A stretch of DNA of 62,682 nt, the filler included, from Rhabdomonas costata (Eukaryota), in the NCBI GenBank assembly GCA_019059605.1. It is 47 parts of 47 records of this genome, joined end to end, with 100 filler letters (N's around TTAATTAATTAA, not from the genome) between each part and the next. Parts side by side here need not be neighbours in the genome. Positions count along the whole stretch, not along the records: positions 36,074 to 37,308 come from JAHMHO010022484.1; positions 37,409 to 38,644 come from JAHMHO010022485.1; positions 38,745 to 39,980 come from JAHMHO010022486.1; positions 40,081 to 41,316 come from JAHMHO010022487.1; positions 41,417 to 42,652 come from JAHMHO010022488.1; positions 42,753 to 43,989 come from JAHMHO010022489.1; positions 44,090 to 45,325 come from JAHMHO010022490.1; positions 45,426 to 46,660 come from JAHMHO010022491.1; 39 more parts are not named here. The stretch is one strand, 5' to 3'. Below, one piece after another: positions 36,458 to 49,045 of this stretch. A program made the translations under genes and the position numbers. The notes beneath the pieces are model-generated. The model ran no database searches, was not told the DNA's origin, and saw only the letters and a list, made by a program, of their open reading frames with translations. Numbering within the stretch: the stretch's first letter is position 1; each line of letters opens with the position of its first letter.

Positions 36458-36637
36458 CGGTGCAGCCCGACAGCACAAAAACCCCACGGGAAGTGGAGCA
36501 CCTCACGGTGGGGGTGCCGCCATAGCCTGTGGCGCAGGACAGACCGCCACAGCTTCCTGCGGTCACGTAGGAGTCACACCCTCTGCCGGAGTAGCTGTAC
36601 CCCAGCGGCAGGGGGAAGGGTAAGGCGCACGTCAGCG
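36458..36637 (-). CDS. 180-nt symmetric (phase 1-1) exon encoding a cysteine-rich extracellular module
   Basis: LTCALPFPLPLGYSYSGRGCDSYVTAGSCGGLSCATGYGGTPTVRCSTSRGVFVLSGCT; six Cys; CAG/GT boundaries. Confidence 0.7.
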
Positions 36638-38443
36638 CTGTTGGGATATAAGCCGCAGAGGAAAATAAAAAAAGAGCCAGCCCACGACCCGGAGAATGTG
36701 GCAGCACAGCAAACACATCCCCGTTTTCAAAAAAGGGGCTACCTTGCGTAAAAAAAACGATTACCACCAACCAGGGAGCTCCCCGCCATCACCAGCAAGG
36801 GCGGCTGTCAACAGTAACCTGGTGACAGCTCATCGTCCGAACACTAAGGTAACAGTCACGCGAGGTGGGTGCCCATTTTTGCCACTGCAGTTAAAGAGCA
36901 GAGACCATTGTGTGACAAGACTCGACCTAAAAAGGGGGACCTATTAAAATGGACCTCAAACATTTAGGAGTTTTTCACAGTGTTTTCGATGTCTGTCGAC
37001 GTCCAGTATTGGGCCTCTTCTATAACCTTTTTTTGCGTTAAACTTAGCACCGGTGAACGTTTAGCAGTACTAAACGGAGCATCGCCCACCCCAGGAAACG
37101 TCCGAACCATCCATCGCGGCGGGCGGGCCTCCGCGGTACTGGCCTCTACACCTAAAAGAAAATTGAATCCCTTTTGTAATGCCATCTCCTGGATCCGCTC
37201 ATCGCTTCTGTGTTCTGCTTACCCACACGAAAGTGAGTCCACGTTCTTTGATTTTGAAGCGACAAGATTTTGATACCAAATTTAAATTTAGATTATGGAA
37301 CCAACCACNNNNNNNNNNNNNNNNNNNNNNNNNNNNNNNNNNNNNNNNNNNNTTAATTAATTAANNNNNNNNNNNNNNNNNNNNNNNNNNNNNNNNNNNN
37401 NNNNNNNNGGTTTTGTGTGCCAAGAATGTATTGAAAAATAACAGGTTGGGGTTGAACTAGGATGGGTTCCAGCGGGGCGGGTTCCTGATTCGCGTCAATG
37501 AACTCTGTACAACATTTTTCGAAGTAGCAATGCGCGTCCACAACCAGACAATTGAGGAGGCTGACGCTGAAACATGCCAGGGGTCTTTTGTAAACAGAAA
37601 GCCTCCAGGAACGCTGCACAGAGCCAGTTCTTTGATGCTGCGACAAAACCTGTGAGATAACAATGTCCCTATTACCAATACGACCCCTCACGCTGCGGGT
37701 GAGCGAGGCCGAGGCTGAGTTCTTAAGCAGTCCATCCCGCGGTGCAGCAAGACAGCTACTGCCCCCCACAATGAGGCCATGAATGCACCAGCGCCCCCGA
37801 ACTGGAACCCCTGCGGTGAGTTCGCTGCCTCTTGGAATACAGCTCTCGACCTCTCTATTCCTCTTTTGTTTTTGAGACTGAAATCCAAAAATTACTGTGA
37901 ATACTTAATGCTTAATACTTAATGCCCAAAAATGTGCGAAACCGGTGAGCTTTAAATGGGGGCGCACGTATGTTGCGCCCTCCGCAGAGTTCTTTGCCAG
38001 TGGGATTGCCTTCGTTGGGAAGGCGTGTGATTCGTCGATGGAGAGCCTTGATGTTCTGAGTCGCCCCACTCTCTGGCCAAGCAGAAAGAGATGGTTACGG
38101 TCTTCGGTCACACCTCACTTACAGTCCGGTTTGTCTGTCAGTCCGGTTCACTTGTCATGGGATTCCGTGTGCATGCACAGGTGGTTCTACTGCTACAAAA
38201 CTCCGCAGCAGTCTGCTAGCCCCACAGGGCCCCTCTCTCCCTCGGACATCCCCTCCTCCGCCACACGGCTGGACAACAAGGCCATCCGCAAGATCCGCAT
38301 GGAGTTCTTCCAGGTCCAGCCGACACCACACTCTCTTTGATTCTTCACGTGTTTTGTAAGCTTCGATCGCCCTCCCGTTGCTATAAGACGTGAGTGTAGT
38401 TGTTAGAGGCTCACTGTCTGGCTGGCTGTTTCACACACACACG

Positions 38444-38578
38444 TCCCCAAGGTGCCGTTCGTTCCAGCGGTACCTCTCGCGAGCACCCCGAATGTGCCAA
38501 CAGCGCGTGCGCCCGTCAGTCCACAGTGGTCACCAACAGTCAATCAGGCAGCAGCCAGCGCGTTATACTCCCAACACA
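38444..38578. repeat. Short dispersed repeat, copy 2 (first copy at 23642-23784)
   Basis: Collinear similarity to copy 1, with substitutions and indels. Confidence 0.9.
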
Positions 38579-40609
38579 TATCGAGCAAGAATCTTTCTCA
38601 CACCTCCCACAACATTTCGGGCACAGTGCACTCCACACAACAACNNNNNNNNNNNNNNNNNNNNNNNNNNNNNNNNNNNNNNNNNNNNTTAATTAATTAA
38701 NNNNNNNNNNNNNNNNNNNNNNNNNNNNNNNNNNNNNNNNNNNNTGTGGTTTGGAGTGCGAATTTGCAGTGTGACTGTCTCAGCAATCTATAGCGGACGA
38801 GGGGCAGGCATGCCCCTGGCGGCGAGAGCAGGCAGCAGATCTGTAAGATTTTTTTAGCGCAGCTCAATTGTTCTTAACAGTTTGAAGCCCAAGTCCAAGG
38901 GAACCAGCTGTTGAGGACGAAAAAGGGCCCGCAATTCGGAGTGAATACTTCGGGTAGACTGTAGGCTGTCTTCTGCCCTCTGTATTTGCGCAAACGTGGT
39001 CAATACCATTTGACACAGAAGAGGGCAAAGTACCGCTTTTCGCCCTGGCTGATGCGAGCTATGGGGGGGGGCTTGACTTCGATTTTCGACGCCTGCACCA
39101 TTCCTTTCGATTCGAGCTTTCAAAGGAGATGTGTTGCTTTCCGTTGCTTTCAGTGAGCCCTAATGGCCACTTTTGAGTGCAGTGTCTCGTCCTAAAATTC
39201 CACAGTTGCCTCTTAGTCCTACTAAGGCGTCCACTAATTACCCTCCCACCGCGACCTTTCCATCACAACAGAGCGCCCAAACTTCCTCCTCCGACCAGAC
39301 CTGTGTGGAACCTGTGAAGTCAAAAGAGGACAAGCGGTCGTTTTGCACTCAAGGGGGCTTCTTCCCCTGCTCACTCTCTTGTTTCGAGCTCAAGTTCCAG
39401 GACTGCACCGAAATCAATCATCGGGCAGAGGCAGAGAGGCTTGCCAGAGTATACGTCACCCAGCTCAGCAGTAACCCCTCCTTTCCCGTTCTGCGCAAAC
39501 TTTTGTTTAGGTGTGTCTGGAGGTTTTGTCTACGGTACGCAAGACGAGGGTTGTTGCGACGACTCTCTCGTGTTGCAAAAAACCAGCTCTTCAGCAGAGT
39601 GCCCTGTCAGTTTTTGCATTCGAGGTGAACAATTTTTTAGCAACTTCGAAATCCACAAAAATCGTTTCCGTTGCGGATGTCCAACGTGCAGTAAAAATCT
39701 CCCGAAAAGTGATGTCGTCTCATCGACCAGGCGCTTGAGAGGAACATGAACGTCGACCTTATTCTCGCTTTTGCGAAGTTGCTCCTGATTCCAACTTCAC
39801 GTCGGATTCATGAGCACAACCATTCACACCGGACGTTTACATGGCAAATTGATCTTTCTCGGTCGCAGAGGCTGCAGCCCGTGCTTCCCACCACACAGCC
39901 TCTACGAGCCCCCCTTAGTTTAGAGAGTGTCATCATCAAGGATCCGGCTCCAGCAGCCCAGCTACCTGCGCCACCACACCNNNNNNNNNNNNNNNNNNNN
40001 NNNNNNNNNNNNNNNNNNNNNNNNTTAATTAATTAANNNNNNNNNNNNNNNNNNNNNNNNNNNNNNNNNNNNNNNNNNNNGGTTGTTATATGAGCGAGCC
40101 GATTGGCCTGATTCTGTATTGGGGAAAAAGGTGTGTCAAAGATGTGGATATTGGTGTCTTTTTATTGCTTGCAGTTCAATCTGATATTGGTTCCCCGTTT
40201 TGTTCCTGCTCTAGCGTTTGGTGGGTAGGGTGCGATGCGGCGGTCCTGCCTATGGCGGGCGATTTACAAGGAGGTGGGAAGGAAAGGACTCAATGAAATC
40301 CTGAAAATGGAGCTGGTCGAGCGAGTGAGCCCCAAAGGGGTGCGTTACGGCGTTTTCCTTTCATTACCCGCAAAGCATTGATTAAAACTGAAAATTGTGC
40401 ATTGATAATTGCATAATTCCCCCATCCCTTCTTTTTACGGAAACGTTTTGCAAACAATATTACCGCTCTTGCTATTATTGAATGGACAATTCCAAGCAAG
40501 CTGATAATTGACACTGTATCAGAACCAGAACTTGAAGTTGAACAGAGGAAGGTACCCCGTGGGAGCCATCTCAGGGGCACCTTCCTTCAACATTGGATTT
40601 GCTGTTTAG

Positions 40610-41273
40610 ATCACGAATATGTGGCTGATGCACCACGAGTACGCGATCCAGTACGTTGGCAAGGTTCTCAGCGCAGCGGCCTACTCAGCATTGTCCCCTC
40701 GGCTGCTCGGGAAGTATGCGGCCCGTGCCCCCGCAACGCAGGATAGTTTTCCAGGGTTCGGGGCCTCCTTTAGGCTCTCCCTTTCTCTCTGAGGAAGGGC
40801 ATCGGCCACGCGATGTAGGAGTATGGCTCCAGTATGGCTGTCAGCAGATTGGAGCAGATGTAGCACTTTTGTGTCTTACGGGGAAAGTGACGTTTCGCCG
40901 CAGAGCTGTGTGTGAATCATGTGTTTCAAAACCCTGGTTTACAATCCAGCGATTCGGCAGGTTCAGTCATTTACCTCAATGCACCACTCACCGTGGACCT
41001 CTGTATGGACTTTGACTGGGAGGGGCAGGTTTTGGGATCTATATTCTTTGGGCGAGTTTTTTATGCTACCTGGGTTATGCACTCACCTGCTGAACGGGCT
41101 CCTGTGGCCGACTGCATTGATGGGAATAGATAAACTTTCTTCAACACAGCCCGTTCTTTGTGGTGCCCGTGTTCCGTGAGAAGGGTCTCTTCAACGTGAT
41201 GCTGAACAATCAGAAGGACCTCACTCTGGTCGCCCCTCTGGGGGAGTTCCAAAAACAAGGAGACCTATGTCAG
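40610..41273 (+). CDS. ATP11: Mitochondrial F1-ATPase assembly factor ATP11/ATPAF1, partial (exons 40610-40713, 41150-41273)
   Basis: A phase-2 join gives ITNMWLMHHEYAIQYVGKVLSAAAYSALSPRLLGN/PFFVVPVFREKGLFNVMLNNQKDLTLVAPLGEFQKQGD, with the ATP11 PxFVxPxxR motif in kinetoplastid-like form. Confidence 0.8.
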
Positions 41274-43894
41274 GTTCACATCCACTACACTCCCATTTGT
41301 TATCATATCCGGCACANNNNNNNNNNNNNNNNNNNNNNNNNNNNNNNNNNNNNNNNNNNNTTAATTAATTAANNNNNNNNNNNNNNNNNNNNNNNNNNNN
41401 NNNNNNNNNNNNNNNNGTGGGGGGGGTAGAAAGGCCTGGTAACCTTACTGCAGGGCTTGCCTCTTTGCTTGGCCAGGAATTTGTGCTGGTGTATTCCAGC
41501 CCTTTTTCAGGATAAGGAGGGAGAGAGAGAGGGAATTACGGTAGCCAGGTGTGCGAGGCCTGCACGATTCCATTGAATTTCCTGTATTTCCTCATAGGAG
41601 ACCGTGCTTCTTGGTTTTCATTGCAGGAGCGAGATAAAGGAGTCACTGTTGGAAGGAAAATCTCTTGATGCAAGAGGTGGTGTCAAGATGAATGGAGGCG
41701 TTGATAGAGAGATTGAGTTTTGGTTTGTTAGGCAAGGGATGGGCTTTGGAGGCGGGTGAGTGTACACGGAGTCCTCTTGTCATGCCTTTGCTCTCGTTTC
41801 AGCGTTTGCGAACTGCCGTTCTTTTTTTGTGATGTTTTTTGCTGGTCAATCATTGGTTTTTTGTGTAAAAAGAAAATCCTTTAGGAGTAAAAGTGGGGGT
41901 TCCTGTGCACGGTGTAAACTTTTGTTCTCGTGCAAAGTTGGAGTTGGAGGGCACACACGTGTGTGTCTCCTTGAAGGGGGCGGGGGTCAGCACAAGTCCT
42001 CTGCCCCAGTTGTGCTCTGTGGAGAAGAGTCTCCAAAGAGTGTTTTGTTCTGTGTCTTTTTCAGGATGTGCTGAAAAGATAGGGGGCCGCTGGTTCGGCC
42101 CTCTTACCTTTCATTTTTCAATGCAAGTGGGTTGCTTTTGTTTCCTTCTGGTCGTGCCAGAGCGAGAGCAGCCCGTCTTATCTCCTTCTCTGCGCCCCTC
42201 CCCTGCTCATTTGTGTCATGTCTTGTTGTCAAAACCGTGGTTAACCGCAGATCACCTGACTTCCGCTTGGCTGTCCATGTCCTGTCACCGGAATACCCCT
42301 CCCCCCTTTATATTCGTCTCTTTTTCCTTCTCTCACTTCTTTGCATCCTCCGGAACCAGCGATATTGACAGCCGATAACGAAAGATCGGCCTTCTCGGGC
42401 AGTTCACACCTATATAACCATCACCATGAATGCGAAGATTCGTTGAGGGAAGGGTAGACACATTGGTGGCAGCACATTGAGTTCCTGGTTTTTTTGGTGG
42501 AGGGGTTGGTTTTCAATGCTTCTAACGTCTTTGAGTCAGCCCATCCTTCGCCCTTTCCAGCCTTGGGCCGAATGTTACTGAATCTGCAGGACTGGAAAGG
42601 GCGAAGGATGGGCTGACTCAAAGACGTTAGAAGCATTGAAAACCAACCCCCCNNNNNNNNNNNNNNNNNNNNNNNNNNNNNNNNNNNNNNNNNNNNTTAA
42701 TTAATTAANNNNNNNNNNNNNNNNNNNNNNNNNNNNNNNNNNNNNNNNNNNNGTGGTGGGTGTGTTTGGGGTGTGTGGTGAAATACAACTCGCTGAACTG
42801 GTGTGCTGACCTGAGGCTTTTCAGATCATCTGAGGGATGCACCCGAAAGAGAAAGAGAACCTTACATTTCTCGTGTGCTTTTTGCTTTTCTGCTTTCCGT
42901 GTTTGGGCGTTTGGGCACAGGAAAAGCCAAAGCCAGTTCCAATAGAACATCGACGTTTCCGGAAACAAGGCCAATTTACTGCTTGTACCTTCTTCGTTCA
43001 TGTTGTCAATTTTACAGTTTCTCTTCTTTCATTATCGTTGCACTCGCTTTGCATCCAGGCAAACTTTAAACATCGCTATTGTGGACTTTTGGAGTGCATG
43101 CAGTTTTTCCAGGCCAATGCCATAATTGCACATAAATTCGCTCCGTCTTCCTCCTCCTTCGTCTTTCTTGTCGTGTAGGACCCGTCCACCCCTTTGAAGA
43201 CGCCGCATATCATATAGGCGATACTTCCATTCATTGTCATCTTCGCAAACCCACATCTGTGCACGTGTCGGGGGACTGTTGACTGCTACCCCCCCCCAAA
43301 AAAATGAGGTTCGCACAATGGCTACCCAAGCTCAGATGTGCTCTCCACCCGAGCAGGGGCCGCACCGCTCCGGGTGGCCTTGGAGGGCCAGTCACCCCCA
43401 GGAGATCCGTCCCTGAGCATGGCATCAATCTGCTGAACCTCCAGCGCTGTCTGGTGCGAAAGACAATGAGCGAACGAGCGAGCGAGCGAGAGAGGTCTTT
43501 CGCTTGGACAGTGGACAATTCGTCGCTTCCGTTATGCAGCGACGATTGCCACTGATGAACTGGAAAATTGTTCTGAACCCCAGATGTGCTCTGTGTGTTC
43601 TCAGGTGCTCTCAGTGGATATGTGGGTGTGCATTGCCTCCGCTTTGCTTCTTGCAGCCCATAAGCCATAGGCCTAGATAGGGGGACCTTTAAGTGGACCT
43701 ATCTACCTAGCTTGCACAGCCCCACACCCACACCATTGTACAGCCTCGGGGCCTTGTGGGGTTCTGAGTAAAGGGAACCCTGGTGAACTGTGGTTTATCC
43801 GTCCTATAGGGCGGTCCCGCAGGGCAGTAGGACGGAGACGCCAGAACCCGCGGACCTGGCGTCAAGCCGATTTCTCGGGAACCTGTGGACACTC

Positions 43895-43941
43895 TTGCTT
43901 TGCTTTGCTTTGCTTTGCTTTGCTTTGCTTTGCTTTGCTTT
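43895..43941 (+). repeat. (TTTGC)n pentanucleotide microsatellite
   Basis: Directly visible. Confidence 0.96.
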
Positions 43942-44320
43942 AATATGCTATGCTTGCTTCGCACGAGAATCTCAGCCTTCCCCACCACCNNNNNNNNNNN
44001 NNNNNNNNNNNNNNNNNNNNNNNNNNNNNNNNNTTAATTAATTAANNNNNNNNNNNNNNNNNNNNNNNNNNNNNNNNNNNNNNNNNNNNGGGGGTTTGGT
44101 GTCAGTAACAACACCTCTATCATCCTTGGCCATGGGTGGAGACCAACCATTTATAACAGTCTTCCAAGTCTCTGGACAGCAAGACTTGGAAGACTGTTAT
44201 AAATGGTTGGTCTCCACCCATGGCCAAGGATGATAGAGGTGTTGTTACTGACATCAAACCCGAAAAAGATTGGGATTCCACTGAGGATGAAGCTGCTCTG
44301 GGTAACTCTCGTGCTCTTAA

Positions 44321-45325
44321 TGTGACGACCCGACTTTTCGGACCGTCATACTTATCTTAATTCTTTTACTTAAAAAAAAAAGTGGATAATTTTTTTTAAA
44401 TCGTCATTTCATTTATAAAGTTTAGACTCTAAAATATAAACAACTTTGATATAACCAGCACTTGAAATCTTACAAAACATTTGATGAAGATAAGAGAAAT
44501 ACTTAATTCGGAATTCCAAACTAAAGTAGATGGTTGGAATATTCAACGGAAATAAAACCATAAAAATTCAACTTCAGTTTTTCAAAACTAATTAAACTTG
44601 GAAAATATCTTAAGCACAAAAATCTCAAACCGAGTGTTTAGAAAATTTCGTAGCGGAAGTCTTTTAAATAAGCGAGCGGAACCACAACCCAACCCCTTAG
44701 CCATCGAACGCCGCTGATCCACCCTCCTCACTTGTTCATTTGTTGCTTACCTACAATACGGACGAATACACATAATATGAGCTAACGCTCAACGAGAATA
44801 ACTATGACTCACAAAAAGAGATGAGTAATGCAATGCATGACGGATTAATTAGTGTTTTAGTTCTAACAGTGTCATGGTCTTTCGTATCATAAATCTTATC
44901 ATATTTTATTCGGGGTGCCCCTAGAGTAGTCGTACCGATTTCAGTGTACACTTTGGAAACGAACTACGGGGCTGCGACCTCCCATAGTTCGCACCATCTA
45001 ATAAACATATCATATGAGAAAACTCCCTTTATGAGCGCGTAGGTCGGCTTGAAAGAATTCTCTTATTACCTCCGTAGCTCGAGGCGGTACGGCACTCTTA
45101 CTTATCTTATCACTTGATTATTTGTGTTACATACAAATATGACATATGACATATGACATAAACTTAAATAAAACATGCTAATAATTAGAACATGTTATGC
45201 CAAAGTTGTACTAAACCCATACATAAACTCATCATAACAAGACATAACATAATAATCACAATTCACTCAATAACACGTATACGCATCTAAGAAATATCAC
45301 ACAATCAATCATATAACACAACACA
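44321..45325 (-). mobile_element. Probable plant-type Ty3/gypsy (Tekay/Del-like) LTR in an AT-rich contig; likely contaminant
   Basis: TGTGACGACCCG terminus (reverse complement ...CGGGTCGTCACA), TACCTAC...ATGAGCTAACGCTCAACGAG-type motif, CATA/ACAT-rich tracts and no ORFs. Composition is unlike the other contigs. Based on pattern recall only. Confidence 0.55.
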
Positions 45326-45684
45326 NNNNNNNNNNNNNNNNNNNNNNNNNNNNNNNNNNNNNNNNNNNNTTAATTAATTAANNNNNNNNNNNNNNNNNNN
45401 NNNNNNNNNNNNNNNNNNNNNNNNNGGGGTTGGTGGTGGAGACGAAAGCGAAACTTCTTTGAAATTTCGTAATGTGTTTTGTGGGAGGCATATCACCGAA
45501 GTAATCCTTCAACCTCGCGGGGCAATAAACGAAATTAACGGAAAAGAACACGAACAATGTGAGACCTCCAACTTGATTTGACTTAGGGGCGTGGGGGTAG
45601 GGAGGAAAAGTCTTTGCTTCCACCTCCACCTCCACGTCGCTTTATATTAACTGGAAACGATAGTGGTGGTGGCGCGGGTTGCAG

Positions 45685-46561
45685 GGGTTATGCTGCACTG
45701 CCAGTCCCACACGCAGTGGTTCACCCGGCAGTGTGAGAAGTTGCTAAGCCACCCGCAGTGCTGCCGGGTGGTAGCCTCGGGGTTGGTCTTCCGTGACCCC
45801 TCCATTGGGGCGTACCGCCCCGAAGACTACCCCATTGAGTACAACTCATGGATCATCTTCCGGTGTGCGCCCCCCTCTCACTTTCCTGCCTCCTTTTTCT
45901 TCCTTGCACTCACCTCACTTCGGCAGCGCAGCACAGCACCGCACAGAAGAGAGATAGAGAGAAGCCAATAATAAAGGCCACCGGAAGCGCCGTGATTTTG
46001 ACAGAAGGAAATTATTTGGAAAAAATTTCTCATTTTAAAAGTGATAATTGCATTCGTTTTGTGCTTGGCCGGTTAACCGGTTCCAAGCTGGCGTTTTTTT
46101 TTGGCATGTTTTGTGATGCATTACCACATAGATATACACATACACATAAATATACCTGTATGCCTATATATGTACGTTCTTAATTTTGGGAAAGTGATGA
46201 GCCAGCCGTGCAAAAAAATCGGATGCCAATTAATTGCGTTGTTGCACCGGAAAATTAGGAGGGGGGTCGTCAATCTCATGCCCATACTCCGACAAAAAGC
46301 CAACAACAGCGAGCACAGGCTCGCACCGATGGGTGCAGTGCTTGCCCTGCCCAGCAACAGAAGCTCCGCGTGATGTTGCTCGCTCAGGTTTCTGGTCAAC
46401 ATTGTGCTGGGTTGTGACCTAGCCAGCTACCTGGTAATGTGCGTGAGGTACCTCGACCCGCCGAAGTCCTTCGGGGGGATGGACCTTGTGCTGTATATCC
46501 TGGGTATCCTGCTGACGATCTTCGCTGTGTGGGCCAAGTCAGACGCCCACCGCGTGCTGGG
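45685..46561 (+). CDS. CHO2: Phosphatidylethanolamine N-methyltransferase, CHO2/PEM1 type, partial (exons 45685-45862, 46388-46561)
   Basis: YPIEYNSWIIFR/FLVNIVLGCDLASYL...GILLTIFAVWAKSDAHRVLG matches the CHO2 PxEYNxWxxFR...D...WxKxDAHRV motifs. Confidence 0.9.
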
Positions 46562-46849
46562 GTAACCCCCCCACACACACACACCTTCCTGCCCGTTCAC
46601 CCATCCGAAAGAAAGCTCCAAGGGTCGTTCCCGCGAGAAAAGGCCCAGCCCCCACACCACNNNNNNNNNNNNNNNNNNNNNNNNNNNNNNNNNNNNNNNN
46701 NNNNTTAATTAATTAANNNNNNNNNNNNNNNNNNNNNNNNNNNNNNNNNNNNNNNNNNNNGTGTGGTTTTATTTTTTTGTTTGCAATTCCAAGAGTTGCA
46801 AGAAATGTGAGCAGCTTCTCGCATTTTTTGCTGGCTCCCACCCCCTCAG

Positions 46850-47427
46850 ATTGTGCTGAAAGTCCAGTACAAAGGCTCCCAAGAATTTCGTCGAATTGTT
46901 GTCCCACGCAATACCTCCTTTGAGGAACTCATGGTGATCCTGAAAGCCGAGATCGGGTCCTTTGCAGGCCTTGCGTATACCGATCAGGTTGGCAGGCCTC
47001 AAAATACCTGTTGTGTGGCTGTGTCTCAGAGTGCAGACGCATTACCAGCATTTTGTCTCTGGTACCCAGCATGTTGTCTTGCTTTCCTGTCTGTTTTGAT
47101 TGGCAGTTTCTTGGAAGTCAAGGGATTCCTGCTGACTTTTTTTTTCAGACCTCATGGCAAGTCCGGTTCCGGTTTAACGGTGACTTTTATGGGATCTTTC
47201 TGTTCCTTGTTGAACTCAACCTGTGCAATCGGTTTGCGGGGCCGCGGAGAAGTGAAACAGATTAGATGATGCAGCTAGGTGCATCTAATTTGTTTCTATC
47301 GCTCTCTGCTCTTTTCCAGGAAGGTGATCTCATCTCTATTGTGAAAGAAGGGGAGCTCTTGGAGGCCTTTGAGTTTTACGAGAGGGTCCTCCTGCCTCGC
47401 GAGCACGGCCTTCGGCTCACTTTACAA
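46850..47427 (+). CDS. PB1-domain protein, partial (exons 46850-46987, 47320-47427)
   Basis: IVLKVQYKGSQEFRRIVVPRNTSFEEL...LAYTDQ/EGDLISIVKEGELLEAF has the basic Lys and the OPCA motif YxDxEGDxI. Confidence 0.88.
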
Positions 47428-48649
47428 GTTTGCAGCTGTTTCTGTTTCGATTCTTATTGGGGGCTCTCGTTTCTGGGACGTCATACACAGTCGATAACTT
47501 CATTTCAAACCCGGGACCAGGCCACCTGCTTGTTTGGACTATATTCCTCCAGCTATCGCGTGAAAGCCACGGTTCCAATTCCTGAAACCTTCAGATGAGA
47601 CAGCAATTGGACCTGTCTTTGGACTTATACTGGTCATAACATGTACCAGGGAAGAAACGCTGCAAAAGGGCTGTTCTCCAGCAGAAGTGACGCGCCTATG
47701 TGGGCGAGAGATCGCTACAGTCCCACACTTCCCGTGGTTTGTACCTTGGCTAGCTTGGCGCTTCTAACTGCCTTGATGTGTTCGGAGCACGGTGCCCTTC
47801 AAAAGAAAGGAAGTTATCAAGCCTCCTGGCGGACAATATTCCCTTCCCTGCCTTGCCTTCACTTCCCTTTTTCCCAATCTGTACTCTTCCTGTGTGTCCA
47901 TTTGTTGTATCCATGTCGCCGCAACAATTGTGCAAATCGTGCGAACATGGATGCCCATGGATCTGCTTCAAAAAGGAATGTGCTGCAACACAAAACNNNN
48001 NNNNNNNNNNNNNNNNNNNNNNNNNNNNNNNNNNNNNNNNTTAATTAATTAANNNNNNNNNNNNNNNNNNNNNNNNNNNNNNNNNNNNNNNNNNNNGGTT
48101 TGGGGTGGTCAGTCTGTTACTCTGTCCTCTTCCTTCTGTCGTCTCGCATGATGCTGCTTTCTGTCTTGGTGGAGGGGATTTCGGATGCTAGCAGGTGGGA
48201 ACGACTTTTGGATGCCACCCCATGGATTTATCCTTGAGAAGTATCCTTGTGTGTTTTGCGTGTATCCTTCTTTGTGTCTGGCAGGTTGACTTTTTGCTGA
48301 CAACATCCCCCGCTGCGTTTCCGGGGCCCCAGATGGTTCACCTCCCGTTCATTGTGCACCCTATGGTAGTGAAATAGAGAAGGGGAGAGCTGGATGTTTT
48401 TTTGCTCGTTATTTGCATGTCTCTGGTGCTTTTTGCGGGTTTCTGTGTTGTGAATGACCGACCTACCGTATATTGATCTTCCTCCCTAAACCGGTGTGCT
48501 GCATTATTCGACCCCACCACGACCATCGCGCCCTTTCCCTTTGTCCATTGTAAGCATCATTCAACAGGGGGAAGGCTGCATACTTTCTAAGGTATGTGTG
48601 ATAGTGCAGGGACCATTTACGAGGGAGTTTGCTTCCTGTTATGCTCCAG

Positions 48650-49045
48650 GTCCTTGTGTACAACATCCCCAACGCCACGGCGCGGCTTTCGGTTTCTCGT
48701 GAAGCCCTGGCGCAGATTTGGGCCGGTCCGCACCCTCTTCGCGTTTCTGTGTTTCTACGAATGCCTAGTGCAATGCTGTTTTTTTTTGTTTCTACCCATT
48801 CTCTCCGCTTTTCTTTTTTCCTTGGGTACCTGTGGTAGTGTTGCCAGCAACCGGGTCTGTGGTTCCACGGGGCCTCGATCGGGACACTGCACACTTGATT
48901 GTGTCTGCACCGCTTCCTTGCCAGTTTCCATCTCTGGCATCTGCTCTTCCCAGGCAATGTTTCTTCATGGGCAGACCCCGTCTTCGCAAACTTGAATCCC
49001 TCGCTGGTCCTGCCCGACGTGCCCATCGCTCTTGTGGCGAAAGAG
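48650..49045 (+). CDS. Possible DHDPS/N-acetylneuraminate-lyase family aldolase (exons 48650-48725, 48975-49045)
   Basis: VLVYNIPNATARLSVSREALAQI resembles the YNIPxxT motif. The phase-compatible next exon ends ...IALVAKE (candidate Schiff-base Lys). Confidence 0.45.

Noticed and set aside
44101-44252. 71-bp perfect hairpin as a miRNA precursor or MITE
   Set aside because: It abuts a contig end like six other unrelated hairpins, and its outer end is overwritten by G/T primer sequence. A fold-back artefact is the better explanation.
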